IMG/VR virus record: IMGVR_UViG_3300019752_000009
Coordinates: 1 to 57,578 of that record
DNA length: 57,578 nucleotides
Strand: one strand, 5' to 3'
Source of the DNA: a virus
Taxonomy: Duplodnaviria > Caudoviricetes
Part shown: positions 8,822 to 18,631 of the stretch, piece by piece
Layout of the letters: each line of letters begins with the position of its first letter
How positions within the stretch are numbered: the stretch's first letter is position 1
Notes under the pieces: generated by a model
What the model was told of the DNA's origin: nothing
Database searches by the model: none
Seen by the model: only the letters and a program-made list of their open reading frames with translations
Position numbers and translations under genes: made by a program

Positions 8822-9562
8822 ATGAATGGTAATAACAAAAGCTACCCCGCACCAAAGCGTTCAATAAAAATGCTAGGGATAGAAATGAATGTAGAGAATT
8901 CCCGCTTAATTGTTCCACACTTAGATGGTAGTGAACGACAAGAAAGCAAGCTAATTAAGAAAGTAAATAACATTATCTCTCAACAACGAGGAGAGAACAA
9001 CAATACTACAATCTATTCTGTACAGCACATCATTTTTAATACCATCAAAGATAGTGGTGTGATTGGTAAGAAGGAATTATTATCACAAACCACTAAAGCA
9101 TCGCAGCGTGTGGTTATCAATCGTGCATTACGTAATATGTTGCAGGACGGATCATTGGTTTATTTGAGCAATGATGGAGAAGTTCAATATAAACTCTCCA
9201 ATCAACAGATGCTGCACAAATATCAACAAGATTTGATAGATAAGGCTGCTGATGGATTCTTCAATCAGAATCTACCGACTGGTGCTGGGAAGTTTAATCT
9301 CAGTGAAAAACAACACAAGTTCCTTGATAAAGCTGTTTATATCGTTGAATCTGCTTACGATTTAGGCGTTATTGGTTTAATAGAAAAGAAAGGGTTGATT
9401 ATTGATATTGAGTTTTCCATTAGTCAGGGGAATTACATTCGTGTTGGTAGTATGTTGAAAGATATTGAGAGTGAAGCTTTAGCTAAAGCAAAAGATAACA
9501 CGGCAAAGAAAATGGATGAAGATAGTCGTGCCTATCAAATTATGAAAAAGAATTACCTTTAA
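8822..9562 (+). CDS. Hypothetical chimeric protein (possible winged helix plus SF2 helicase motif remnant)
   Basis: LHKYQQDLID...LPTGAGK segment; promoter-like TTGATT-18-TATAAT at 8730-8759. Confidence 0.6.
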   Translation: MNGNNKSYPAPKRSIKMLGIEMNVENSRLIVPHLDGSERQESKLIKKVNNIISQQRGENNNTTIYSVQHIIFNTIKDSGVIGKKELLSQTTKASQRVVINRALRNMLQDGSLVYLSNDGEVQYKLSNQQMLHKYQQDLIDKAADGFFNQNLPTGAGKFNLSEKQHKFLDKAVYIVESAYDLGVIGLIEKKGLIIDIEFSISQGNYIRVGSMLKDIESEALAKAKDNTAKKMDEDSRAYQIMKKNYL

Positions 9563-9591
9563 TTATTGGTTTAACACAGGAGTTTTAAATT

Positions 9592-10074
9592 ATGAGTGAA
9601 GAAATGAAATACAAACAGATGTTTGGTCGTGGCGTGCGCAATAAAAGTGATATCGCCTTATTGGTTCGTGGTGGCGATTATAAATCGGGTGCTGGATTTT
9701 ATGGTGCTGGCGCATTTGGAGAGCGACGCAACCTAGATGATGATAAGAGAGCTTATCAAGTTATCGCCAGTGGAAAATCGAATAACGATACCAAACACTT
9801 CTGGTATTCACCCACTCAGGAGGAAAATATCAAGAACTCTGGATTGTTCGGATTAACAATTAACTTAAGCGGTAATGTTGTCGATAAAATTAAGATTGAT
9901 CGGGCTAACACATGTATTATTGATGGTAGTGAGTATAAATACACTAAGATGACGAGTAGTGAGGCTCATATGTCGAAATACAAGGATATGATTTATTTAG
10001 GTGAGGGCGTTGAGTTTAGTTTGAATGGTGCCTTGCAGTCTCATTTAGTTTCGGTGGGGAAAACCCGTGCATGA
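9592..10074 (+). CDS. Hypothetical protein
   Basis: AGGAG RBS. Confidence 0.7.
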   Translation: MSEEMKYKQMFGRGVRNKSDIALLVRGGDYKSGAGFYGAGAFGERRNLDDDKRAYQVIASGKSNNDTKHFWYSPTQEENIKNSGLFGLTINLSGNVVDKIKIDRANTCIIDGSEYKYTKMTSSEAHMSKYKDMIYLGEGVEFSLNGALQSHLVSVGKTRA

Positions 10075-10116
10075 GTATTAATCAGCGCGAGTTGACGTAA
10101 TATTATTAACAGAGGA

Positions 10117-10671
10117 ATGCAAGACATGCCATTAAGAAGCGTACATTTTCTACAAGACGAAAATCAGAGAAATCTCCATCCACCAGAAAGCAATAACTAT
10201 AAATTTACAAGTAACTCAGCTTGTGATTATTACAACCTAGGTGAAGCCAAAGCAAAAGAGGGTAAGACTTGTCGAGTTCCATTTTTGTATTTTGACTTTA
10301 TTCAAAATCTTGAAAGTGACTTAAACGCACTAACATGTTCTGGACACAAGATAGCTTACGCACAGGACGCTGCAAAATGGTTTGCGGTAGGTATGGAGTC
10401 TATACTTGGCTTAAGCGAAGGTTTTGATGATAAGAGATTTATTGATGAAAACGAAAAGTTTTTTTATGGCGCATCGTTTTGTTATACTGGTGCTAATGAT
10501 CGCGTGTATATAGACCCACTTACCTTAATTGCACTGTTTCGAGCTGGGTTGTGTTGTCGGGACAGTCTATCAAAGGAACTTGATGTATCCAGCTATATAG
10601 TTGACGCTATGTTTGATGCTATTCGGAACGGATATGATGACGTAGGGGGGATGCATACATTGATGTTATGA
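10117..10671 (+). CDS. Hypothetical protein
   Basis: 184-aa ORF, GAGGA RBS. Confidence 0.65.
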   Translation: MQDMPLRSVHFLQDENQRNLHPPESNNYKFTSNSACDYYNLGEAKAKEGKTCRVPFLYFDFIQNLESDLNALTCSGHKIAYAQDAAKWFAVGMESILGLSEGFDDKRFIDENEKFFYGASFCYTGANDRVYIDPLTLIALFRAGLCCRDSLSKELDVSSYIVDAMFDAIRNGYDDVGGMHTLML

Positions 10672-10855
10672 TTTATCTTAGGGCTGCTTATGTCTCCTGT
10701 AATTTAAAACACAAGGAAATAAAGGTAGTTTGACATAATCTACACCTTCCAAGGTGTAAAAATATAAGTAGTTGATTTTATAGTTAATCATGTGTTCAGT
10801 TGTTAAGTAATAATTGATAACTGAATTATTTGTTACACGATATAAAGGGAAAATA

Positions 10856-11122
10856 ATGGATTACGATAAGGTGGTTGCTGAGCAAGAGCAAATTGATTTA
10901 CTAGAAAATAAAATTGAGGAATTAAAGTACAAAATCGAGGAATTACAATCAAAGCTTATTAGGATTGATGTTAAAACAGACTGTCAATGGACTAAAATTA
11001 CTGAGTTAGGTGATGACGAGATCAGTATGGTGGATGTGAAGCAACTTTTAATTAACGCGCTTAGCAAGAGCCTTAAGCGGAAAGAGTTGATGTTACACGA
11101 ATTATTTGAGGGTACAGATTAG
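10856..11122 (+). CDS. Hypothetical coiled-coil protein
   Basis: AAGGG RBS before ATG 10856; terminator follows. Confidence 0.65.
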   Translation: MDYDKVVAEQEQIDLLENKIEELKYKIEELQSKLIRIDVKTDCQWTKITELGDDEISMVDVKQLLINALSKSLKRKELMLHELFEGTD

Positions 11123-11135
11123 ATAGTAAACATAG

Positions 11136-11160
11136 ATCCGCTTCGGCGGATTTTTTATTT
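11136..11160 (+). terminator. Rho-independent terminator
   Basis: atccgc-TTCG-gcggat plus T-run. Confidence 0.9.
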
Positions 11161-11186
11161 ATCTTAAATTAATTTCAAAACAACTA

Positions 11187-11215
11187 TTGACAACGCGCCT
11201 ACACTCCAATATAAT
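11187..11215 (+). promoter_or_regulatory. sigma70-type early promoter
   Basis: TTGACA-17bp-TATAAT. Confidence 0.85.
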
Positions 11216-11268
11216 TCTATCCAACATGACAAAACAACACATTAACCACTAGCACAAGGAATAACATT

Positions 11269-11961
11269 ATGAGCAATACATGTAAAGAGCAAATGAGAAA
11301 AGTGATTGAACTTAAGCGCGCCCAAATGGCGGTTAAGTTAATCAACGCAAGAATTGCATTGAACACTGTAGCGCACGAAGAGCGTATGCTTGAGAATGAT
11401 ATACGTGCAGAAAAAGAAATATTTCATATAAATAACAATGAAAAGCTAACACCAGCAGGGAAGGCTGCTGAGATAGAGGAAATCAACAAATATCGCTATG
11501 AAGAACCGCTAGATGATAATGAGTCTAACTTAAGACGAAAATACATAGCTGAAGAGCGTTTAGCCGACTTGCTAGATGATTTTGAACTTGATGAGACTCT
11601 AAGTCTAACTGAAATGTTCGCTGAAATTAGCGAACCAGATAACAATAAAGAAGAAGGTTACGCAGCTACAAACCAGCAGCGCGAAGAAGCCAAGGCTAAA
11701 AAAAGTGAGGCGAAAGCGAAACGTTTTGAAGCAATGAGAAAACTGATAGAGGCGCAAAATGGGTTTGATATTGCGGATGCTGAAGCTTTACACAAGTCAA
11801 CCGTTAGTGAATTATATAAAACAGCAAAGGGAACGCGTAAAGGGAAAAGTGATTTTAAGGTGAGCTTAATGGTGGCTAATGATATTTTGCAGCAGCGTTT
11901 AGAAGCTACTAAAGATAAATATAACACCAGCATGTTAGAATTGGAGAAAACAAAAATATAA
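11269..11961 (+). CDS. Hypothetical helical/coiled-coil protein
   Basis: Own promoter, AAGGA RBS, own terminator. Confidence 0.8.
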   Translation: MSNTCKEQMRKVIELKRAQMAVKLINARIALNTVAHEERMLENDIRAEKEIFHINNNEKLTPAGKAAEIEEINKYRYEEPLDDNESNLRRKYIAEERLADLLDDFELDETLSLTEMFAEISEPDNNKEEGYAATNQQREEAKAKKSEAKAKRFEAMRKLIEAQNGFDIADAEALHKSTVSELYKTAKGTRKGKSDFKVSLMVANDILQQRLEATKDKYNTSMLELEKTKI

Positions 11962-11982
11962 TAAGTAGTGCCAACAACCAAT

Positions 11983-12017
11983 AAACCCCGCAATCGAAAG
12001 AACGCGGGGTTTTTATT
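11983..12017 (+). terminator. Rho-independent terminator
   Basis: aaaccccgc...gcggggttt plus T-run. Confidence 0.85.
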
Positions 12018-12047
12018 GTGCTACAATAGCATCACCATTAACTAAAG

Positions 12048-12365
12048 GTGTCTAAAATGAATGACGGTATTGTGTGTGCAGATAAAGATATTTTATTATC
12101 TATAATCAGAGAACAGTTGGTAGCTAATAACGCCAGTGAATACAGCTTAACTTATCTCCCCGAGGATATTCTTTATAAGCTAATCCAGCGCGGTTTTAGT
12201 TTAATAAAGTCATCAGAGGGATTGGAGATGAAAATTAATGGTATGAAAAAAGAATATCGTATCAGCGGTTATAATATAATTGAAGTTAACAAAGGTAAGG
12301 GGGATTTATATCGATATATAAACGCGATGAATCGTGATGGGATGTGGGAATATTTTAATTACTAA
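12048..12365 (+). CDS. Hypothetical protein, paralog of 12903-13214
   Basis: Colinear similarity (ILL, QL, Y.LT.LP..IL..L, EY, G.LYR.I, W..F). Confidence 0.7.
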   Translation: MSKMNDGIVCADKDILLSIIREQLVANNASEYSLTYLPEDILYKLIQRGFSLIKSSEGLEMKINGMKKEYRISGYNIIEVNKGKGDLYRYINAMNRDGMWEYFNY

Positions 12366-12452
12366 GTATCGGATTTTTGCACACTATAAAACTAAATTAA
12401 CCTTGGGTGTATGTTATAATATTTATTTAGATAATTTTAAAGATTTGGAAAT

Positions 12453-12902
12453 ATGAAAAAATCATGTGTTAGGTGTGGGTGCGAAAGCTTAAAGGAAAAT
12501 ATACAGGAGAGGCAGATATCCTATAATGAAATTAATTTTAAAACTTTATGTAGATTAAAGAAATGCGGCAGGTGTGGAAGTGAAATAAAAACAAGTGAAT
12601 GCAAGAAGTTTGATAACTTTCATGCAAATAAAGATTATTTCTTTGAATCTGTGAAATGTATAGCTAAAGAAATGAACTGTTCCCCGTTACTATGTAAATT
12701 ATTATCAGTTAGGATTGAAGAGTATTTTGTTTTTAGTGGTAATGTGATTGATGGTGATTTTAATGTGAGTATTGCAGTGGATACGCGTGATAATATGATG
12801 TGTGGTGGATATCGTGATTTATTGGATATGGATAGTCCTATTAAATCTATAGTGATACTATATAGTAGATGTTTCCCAGATTTTTTTTCAATAAAAGGTT
12901 AG
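12453..12902 (+). CDS. Zinc-ribbon protein (YgiT/MqsA-type spacing)
   Basis: CVRCG ... CGRCGSE about 33 aa apart. Confidence 0.55.
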   Translation: MKKSCVRCGCESLKENIQERQISYNEINFKTLCRLKKCGRCGSEIKTSECKKFDNFHANKDYFFESVKCIAKEMNCSPLLCKLLSVRIEEYFVFSGNVIDGDFNVSIAVDTRDNMMCGGYRDLLDMDSPIKSIVILYSRCFPDFFSIKG

Positions 12903-13214
12903 GTGTTGTTTATGAGTGATGACTACAAAAGCATTCTGTTAAAAGAAATTAAGGTGCAATTATTGGTAAGGAAAGCTAATAGGTATGGGTTAACCATTCT
13001 TCCTAGCAAGATCTTAGATGAACTACTAAAGATTGATTTTGATATACATAATACATCAGGAGGTTTAGTGTTTGAAATTGATGAAATAAAAGAGGAATAT
13101 ACTGTGGGTGATAATGGGAAAATATCGCTTGTTAAGCAGGACCATGGTCACTTATACAGGTTTATAGAGCGGTTAATAGTGAAACATCGGTGGCATGGAT
13201 TCTTTGGTTTATAG
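12903..13214 (+). CDS. Hypothetical protein, paralog of 12048-12365
   Basis: See paralog. Confidence 0.7.
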   Translation: MLFMSDDYKSILLKEIKVQLLVRKANRYGLTILPSKILDELLKIDFDIHNTSGGLVFEIDEIKEEYTVGDNGKISLVKQDHGHLYRFIERLIVKHRWHGFFGL

Positions 13215-13269
13215 TTATATGTGTGGCACTGTGTTATAATGGATGTTTAGGTTTAAGTAAGGTGTAAAT

Positions 13270-14412
13270 GTGAAAGACGAACTAATTAAAACCATCTCAA
13301 TGTTATTAGCTGGGATACCTAATAGAAAATCTGAGCGCGAGGCAACAGTCCTTCATATACAATGTAAAAGTACATTGATTGATCTAGCTGTTGAATACAA
13401 TGGTTCAATTGTTAAAACCTATTTAGATACAGATGGGGTTTTTATAGGTTTTACAGGTGGTCAGGTTAATGCTTTTGATTTTATGTATTATTTGCGACAT
13501 GCTGAGGATGTGTGTAGGTTTATTAAGGAGTTGCAGTATTTAAATAATCCACTACAAGATAACAATGTATTACCACCTGAATACAATAAAAAAACAATGT
13601 CGAAATTTAACTTAAGTGTTACAGAATTACTTGGAAAGCTTAACTTGTGTTATCGGTTGATGGGTAAGGATGATGTGCGTGGTTACTTGAACGGCATGGC
13701 TTTTGAGATTAAGGATAAAATACTGTATTTTATTGCTACAACAGGGCAAATACTTGGAAGAGTTGAGGTTTGCAAGTTAACTGAAAAAAATGAAGATGAT
13801 ATTTTTATTGTACCTCATCATGTTATTGAAAAGTTGGTTAGGTTACTTAAGAGTATGGAAGGTCACGAGATTGTATCGGTTGTAATGTATCGAGATAAGT
13901 TAGTGTTTGAATCTGATAAATTCACATTAACCTCTGGTTATGTTGATGCTAATTTTCCAGAGTATGAGCGCGTACTTCGCACACAAGACGAGTCGGCTTT
14001 AGTGTTAAAGTTAGAAACAAAGGAGTTAAAAGAAGCTATCAAAAAAGTTAGCATTGATTATGCTAAACTAAAAGTAGAAAAAGATGTTCGTCTTCATAAA
14101 ATACTGAAAATTGATTATTATAAGAGTCAATTAATTCTGCAAACACATAATGATTTTTTATTTGCAGAGCAAGGAATTCTTGATAAAGAATTGCACTATA
14201 ACGTGGTTAACCCTGAAATTGTGATAGAGGATCTATGCATGGGTACAGGTGATGTTAGTATTGGGTTTGATATTAATTTGCTTGGTAAAGTTTTACAAGG
14301 GATTAAGCTTGAAGAAATAACAGTATCTTTTCTAACAGGTGCTGATGGATTAATGATTACATTTGATGCTGATTATGATAATCAGTTTGTAGTTATGCCA
14401 TGTAGGTGTTAA
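13270..14412 (+). CDS. dnaN: DNA polymerase III beta sliding clamp-like protein
   Basis: DDVRGYLNG, ATTGQIL, NFPEYERV, IGFDINLL, C-terminal VVMPCR; divergent domain I. Confidence 0.8.
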   Translation: MKDELIKTISMLLAGIPNRKSEREATVLHIQCKSTLIDLAVEYNGSIVKTYLDTDGVFIGFTGGQVNAFDFMYYLRHAEDVCRFIKELQYLNNPLQDNNVLPPEYNKKTMSKFNLSVTELLGKLNLCYRLMGKDDVRGYLNGMAFEIKDKILYFIATTGQILGRVEVCKLTEKNEDDIFIVPHHVIEKLVRLLKSMEGHEIVSVVMYRDKLVFESDKFTLTSGYVDANFPEYERVLRTQDESALVLKLETKELKEAIKKVSIDYAKLKVEKDVRLHKILKIDYYKSQLILQTHNDFLFAEQGILDKELHYNVVNPEIVIEDLCMGTGDVSIGFDINLLGKVLQGIKLEEITVSFLTGADGLMITFDADYDNQFVVMPCRC

Positions 14413-14459
14413 TTTTGTGGGAGGGGTTGCCCTCCCTGTATTTTAAGTAAAGGAAAAGT

Positions 14460-15176
14460 ATGGAAGATTTAAATAAACAAGTTCAAGTATTGAAAGGCGC
14501 AAAAATAACAAGTGCTACGGGGGTTGAAGATGGTAGTCGAGAGTTAAAATTATTCACAGCTTGCTTTAAAGAACTGACAGTAGCAGCATTAGGTAATAGT
14601 GACGAGATAGATAATATTGAAAATCAAGCTGTTTTAGTTGGTAGTGTTATTGACGATATCACCATCAGGTTTGATGCTTATAGAAGCAGACGCTGGTTTT
14701 TCTTGGAAATTAAAATTATTGATCAACCGTTAGTTGTAATTAGGTTTTGCACAGTGGTCGGTGATGGTGGTTTAAAATTAACCTTGCGAGATGAAAAACA
14801 AATTGTAACAGATTTTGCAAACAAGCACTTCACGCTTGATACTAGCATGGCATTTTCACCTTATAGTGTAGATAGTAAAAAATGTGTGTTCAGGAAAAAT
14901 ATCAGCGGGTTAGACTTTGAGTTTACCTATCTATTCACTGATAATAAGTACAAGGGTGTGGTAAAGATGCTTAAGAATGAGATTGATGGTATTCCTACAC
15001 TAGATAAGAATATCAGGATATCTCGAATAAATCCATACACTTACTTTGACAATTACAAGGTGTTAGGAGAATCTGTTGACCGATATATTACTGATAAGAA
15101 AAGTGATAAATATAAAGTGTTTCATGATGATCTAACCGAATACTTTAATGGTGCTTTTGATAAAAAGGATGGGTAA
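14460..15176 (+). CDS. Hypothetical protein
   Basis: AAGGA RBS, 238 aa. Confidence 0.75.
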   Translation: MEDLNKQVQVLKGAKITSATGVEDGSRELKLFTACFKELTVAALGNSDEIDNIENQAVLVGSVIDDITIRFDAYRSRRWFFLEIKIIDQPLVVIRFCTVVGDGGLKLTLRDEKQIVTDFANKHFTLDTSMAFSPYSVDSKKCVFRKNISGLDFEFTYLFTDNKYKGVVKMLKNEIDGIPTLDKNIRISRINPYTYFDNYKVLGESVDRYITDKKSDKYKVFHDDLTEYFNGAFDKKDG

Positions 15177-15842
15177 ATGTTATTAAGTGAAGAAGAACAA
15201 AGCAAGGTAGATAAACTTCAATCACAAATTGATGATATTCAAAATAAAATTATCAAACGTGATACTGGATATTATGACTTCACTATTAAAAGACATGTTA
15301 GTGGCGATATATTGTTCAGTCACCCGCATCAACAAACCTTGGATGGCATTCGCCATTTAGATGAATTTAACACTTATTCCTTTGATATTGCCATATTAAC
15401 AGCATGTATTGGTGTTTGCGAATCTTGTAATATTGCTAGTAAGGATGCGCGTATAGTTCTTGGTTACATCTATCAAGATGAATCTGATGATAGGTATAGC
15501 ACTAATCTATTGTATAACACACATTACAAGCCAACTAAAGAGTTATCATTTAATTCTGCTGTGGAAAACTTATGGGCTGAACGCCATAGATACTTATCTT
15601 ATAGTGTTTTTAGTAAGTACGCATTCACTGCTAACTGTTGTGATAATAATGGTCAACCAAGAAATATGAATGATAGTAAAAGAGATTTATATAAGGAGTG
15701 GGTTATTGCTTATAGTGAATTTCTTTGTGATGATGCCTCTAAAGATGAAGAGCACAAAATGCATGTTAGTAAGGAGAGGTATGGAGATGTGGTTGATAAC
15801 ATCAAGTTTCCAACGGACGCTATCAAGATCAAGTTAATTTAA
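15177..15842 (+). CDS. Hypothetical protein
   Basis: Abuts upstream stop, 221 aa. Confidence 0.75.
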   Translation: MLLSEEEQSKVDKLQSQIDDIQNKIIKRDTGYYDFTIKRHVSGDILFSHPHQQTLDGIRHLDEFNTYSFDIAILTACIGVCESCNIASKDARIVLGYIYQDESDDRYSTNLLYNTHYKPTKELSFNSAVENLWAERHRYLSYSVFSKYAFTANCCDNNGQPRNMNDSKRDLYKEWVIAYSEFLCDDASKDEEHKMHVSKERYGDVVDNIKFPTDAIKIKLI

Positions 15843-15905
15843 AAAATTAGTGTATAATTAAGGTGTGGTGCACGTAATCACCATACTTAACATTTAAGGA
15901 AATAT

Positions 15906-16304
15906 ATGGGAAATATTTTAACACAAGAGCAATTAGATTTTATCTGTGAAAAGATGAAAGAATATGGAATGATTCAATATCATAAAGATTTTGGTTTCGT
16001 TCAAGAGGGGGTTAAAAGTGATGGTGAAGAACATGAGGTGCTGTTAAAGTTTTATGGTCTTAGTGGGTTTCATAATCAACAGAACCCCTTGTTATTTTCT
16101 ATTACATTAATTCAATGTAGTGATAACAGATTACAGTGGTATACATGCAATCTGAAAGATGAGTTAGGCGGTGATTCTAATGAGAGAGTTCATTATGCCT
16201 TATCTCATGAGGTGAATGATATTGATCTTAATGGTCTTGATACGTTTGTTTATGGTTCGATTGAGAAAAGTGTTGAGCAACTTAGCAGTAAGTTGAGTAA
16301 GTAG
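15906..16304 (+). CDS. Hypothetical protein
   Basis: AAGGA RBS; TATAAT upstream. Confidence 0.7.
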   Translation: MGNILTQEQLDFICEKMKEYGMIQYHKDFGFVQEGVKSDGEEHEVLLKFYGLSGFHNQQNPLLFSITLIQCSDNRLQWYTCNLKDELGGDSNERVHYALSHEVNDIDLNGLDTFVYGSIEKSVEQLSSKLSK

Positions 16305-16601
16305 TTTTTATGGTGGTGTGGTAATAGTACTGCACCTTTTTTATTTTTTAAGGTATGTTATGGAAGCAAACATTATAAATGAGATTAAAATTTTGCAAGC
16401 ACTTGAGGTAATTGAAAATTTCCTTACAGATTTTAACTTGTATTTAGATATTGTTGAGCAAAAGGCTGAGTTACACTATTGAGTATTGATGAATGGGAGG
16501 ATGTTTATGACAATAAATATTGTAAACCCCCATCAGATACAATGCGTGTGAAATGGGTTTAACTAAATAAATCAACAACTAGCAACGCATATTGAATAAC
16601 T

Positions 16602-16627
16602 AAAACCCCTTAATCGGGGTTTTTTTT
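16602..16627 (+). terminator. Rho-independent terminator
   Basis: aaaacccc-ttaatc-ggggtttt plus T-run. Confidence 0.85.
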
Positions 16628-16723
16628 CGCTTAAAATAAACTCACATACCACAAACAAAAATCATTATCAATAACTTTATCATAAAAACATCCTATAATA
16701 TTACACATAATTTAAAATAATAG

Positions 16724-17635
16724 GTGAAGGTTATGACTGATATAGATAATATTAATGAATGCGATGCTCTTTATAATGAACTGAAAATTGAGTTAGGCAA
16801 GGATAAGTACAGTCCGTTATCACAGGATAGGTTCTTTCAGTTATGGAATAAGTGGATTAATAATGAAGATTATGACGCAAGGAATGAAATAATACAGAGG
16901 AATATGCGCTACGCAATGAAGTTAGGGGTGCAGTGGTATAAATGCCAGAAAGATACAACAAAGATAACGAGAGTTGATTTTATGCAGGTAGCGTTTACTG
17001 GACTGCAAAAGGCTATTGAAATGTATGACCCATCTCGTGGAGCTTTTATTACTTGTGCCAAGGTTTGGGTGAATGAAAAATTGAGTTATCACGTTAACGA
17101 AAAAATTCGCACAATAAGATTACCAAAGCAAAAACAAAGCTTGCTTTCAAAAGCTAACAGGATAATCAGAAAAATGAGGGAGAAGGATAAAAAGGTTGAT
17201 TATATCTCGTTAGGTGAGCAACTAGATTTAACGCAAGCTGAATTAGGTGCATTGCTTGTTCATAATAATAATTCCAGAACAATAGCTATATATGACTTCA
17301 CCGATGACTTAGAAGCAAGCTCTATTGCAAATCATGTGGGGGAAACATTCGCTCCACGTAATAATTGCGACTATACAGAATTAACCTCGCACTTGGAAGC
17401 ACAAGACAATATGATGGAAAACGTTATGTGTGTTTTATCTAACAATGAAAAAAGAGTGATTGATTTAATATACGGCTTATCCAGTAGAGAGGAAAATATA
17501 ACAATAAAGGATGTATCTGATATATTAAAAATCACACCTGAGTATATCAGGCAATTGCAAAAAAGTGCGCTAGTGAAGCTAAGAAAGGAGTTTGAAGGTA
17601 AAGAGCATCTTTTTGCTGAATACTTTAATATCTAG
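16724..17635 (+). CDS. sigma70-family RNA polymerase sigma factor
   Basis: Region 2 (ARNEIIQRNMRY, GLQKAIEMYDPSRG.F.T.A..WV), RTIRLP, region 4 (LSNNEKRVIDLIYGL, ITPEYIRQLQKSALVKLR). Confidence 0.9.
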   Translation: MKVMTDIDNINECDALYNELKIELGKDKYSPLSQDRFFQLWNKWINNEDYDARNEIIQRNMRYAMKLGVQWYKCQKDTTKITRVDFMQVAFTGLQKAIEMYDPSRGAFITCAKVWVNEKLSYHVNEKIRTIRLPKQKQSLLSKANRIIRKMREKDKKVDYISLGEQLDLTQAELGALLVHNNNSRTIAIYDFTDDLEASSIANHVGETFAPRNNCDYTELTSHLEAQDNMMENVMCVLSNNEKRVIDLIYGLSSREENITIKDVSDILKITPEYIRQLQKSALVKLRKEFEGKEHLFAEYFNI

Positions 17636-17655
17636 TGTTTGATATTCAACATTTA

Positions 17656-17674
17656 ATACTCAACACTATATTTT
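17656..17674 (+). promoter_or_regulatory. Putative late promoter element (19-bp repeat ending CTATATTTT)
   Basis: atactcaacactatatttt identical at 27773-27791; core also at 23189, 30688, 32676, 44738. Confidence 0.6.
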
Positions 17675-17716
17675 AACTCATAACAAAACGTGAAGCAAAA
17701 AAAGAAGAGGCGTGTT

Positions 17717-18562
17717 ATGGGTGTAAAGTATATAGTAGATAATCTTGATGGTGTAGATGAATCATTACAGGATAAGTATGTTGCTCAGGATGATGGGTCA
17801 TACAAATTTGACATTGATGTTGGCGGTAAGCTTGTAGATATTAGTGAATACAAGAAAGCACAAAGCACTATTGAAGAAGAACGTAAACGCGCAGGCGAAT
17901 ACAGTACGCAAGCTAAAACTCTGCTGGACAAGCTGGGGCTTGAAAGTGCTGATAAGGTTGATGACTACCTAACCAAAATGAAAGAACGTGAAGAAGGTTT
18001 GAATAAGGATAGCTCATTATCCCAACAACAAGCAATCCAAAAGGTTCAGCGCGAAAAAGAGGAAATGGAGAATCTTTTACGTAAAGAGATTGAAACTAAA
18101 GCCAGCATCATTGAGCAAACAAAGAAAAATTATCATGATCATCTAATTGATAACTCTATTCAATATGAATTATCAAGACACCATGCCAACAGTCAAGGTT
18201 TACGGTACTTAAGGAAAGATTTAAAAGATCTTATTGGTGTGCAAGAAGGTGATAATGGGGAGGCGCATTTGGTTGTTTATTCTGACAGCACGCGCAAAGA
18301 AGAAGGTTTAACAGCTTCACCTGATGGCAAATTCTCCAAGAAAACATTAGCTGATTTAATTCAAGAAACAGCTAAATCAGAACCAACATTCTTTAACTCA
18401 ACCACTATTAGTGGGGATGGAATGGAATCTGGTAATAATGGTTCAGAAGTAACAAAGCAATACACAAAAGCTGAGTGGTTCAGCTTAATGCAAGAGAAAA
18501 CTGGTAAAGAACGCGCCGCATTATCAGCGTTACGATCCGCAAATAAAATCAAAGTGGTGTAG
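17717..18562 (+). CDS. Capsid scaffolding protein
   Basis: LDGVDESLQDKY...DG.Y N-terminus, coiled coil, Gly-rich linker near C-terminus, directly before capsid gene. Confidence 0.75.
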   Translation: MGVKYIVDNLDGVDESLQDKYVAQDDGSYKFDIDVGGKLVDISEYKKAQSTIEEERKRAGEYSTQAKTLLDKLGLESADKVDDYLTKMKEREEGLNKDSSLSQQQAIQKVQREKEEMENLLRKEIETKASIIEQTKKNYHDHLIDNSIQYELSRHHANSQGLRYLRKDLKDLIGVQEGDNGEAHLVVYSDSTRKEEGLTASPDGKFSKKTLADLIQETAKSEPTFFNSTTISGDGMESGNNGSEVTKQYTKAEWFSLMQEKTGKERAALSALRSANKIKVV

Positions 18563-18631
18563 GTTAGTGCTTTGTATTAAGTACAGCAACACAAGATTTA
18601 TTATTAATAATAACAATAAAAAGGTAAATTT

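Noticed and set aside
16340-16562. Short ORFs or frameshifted pseudogene
   Set aside because: No recognisable product or homology evidence
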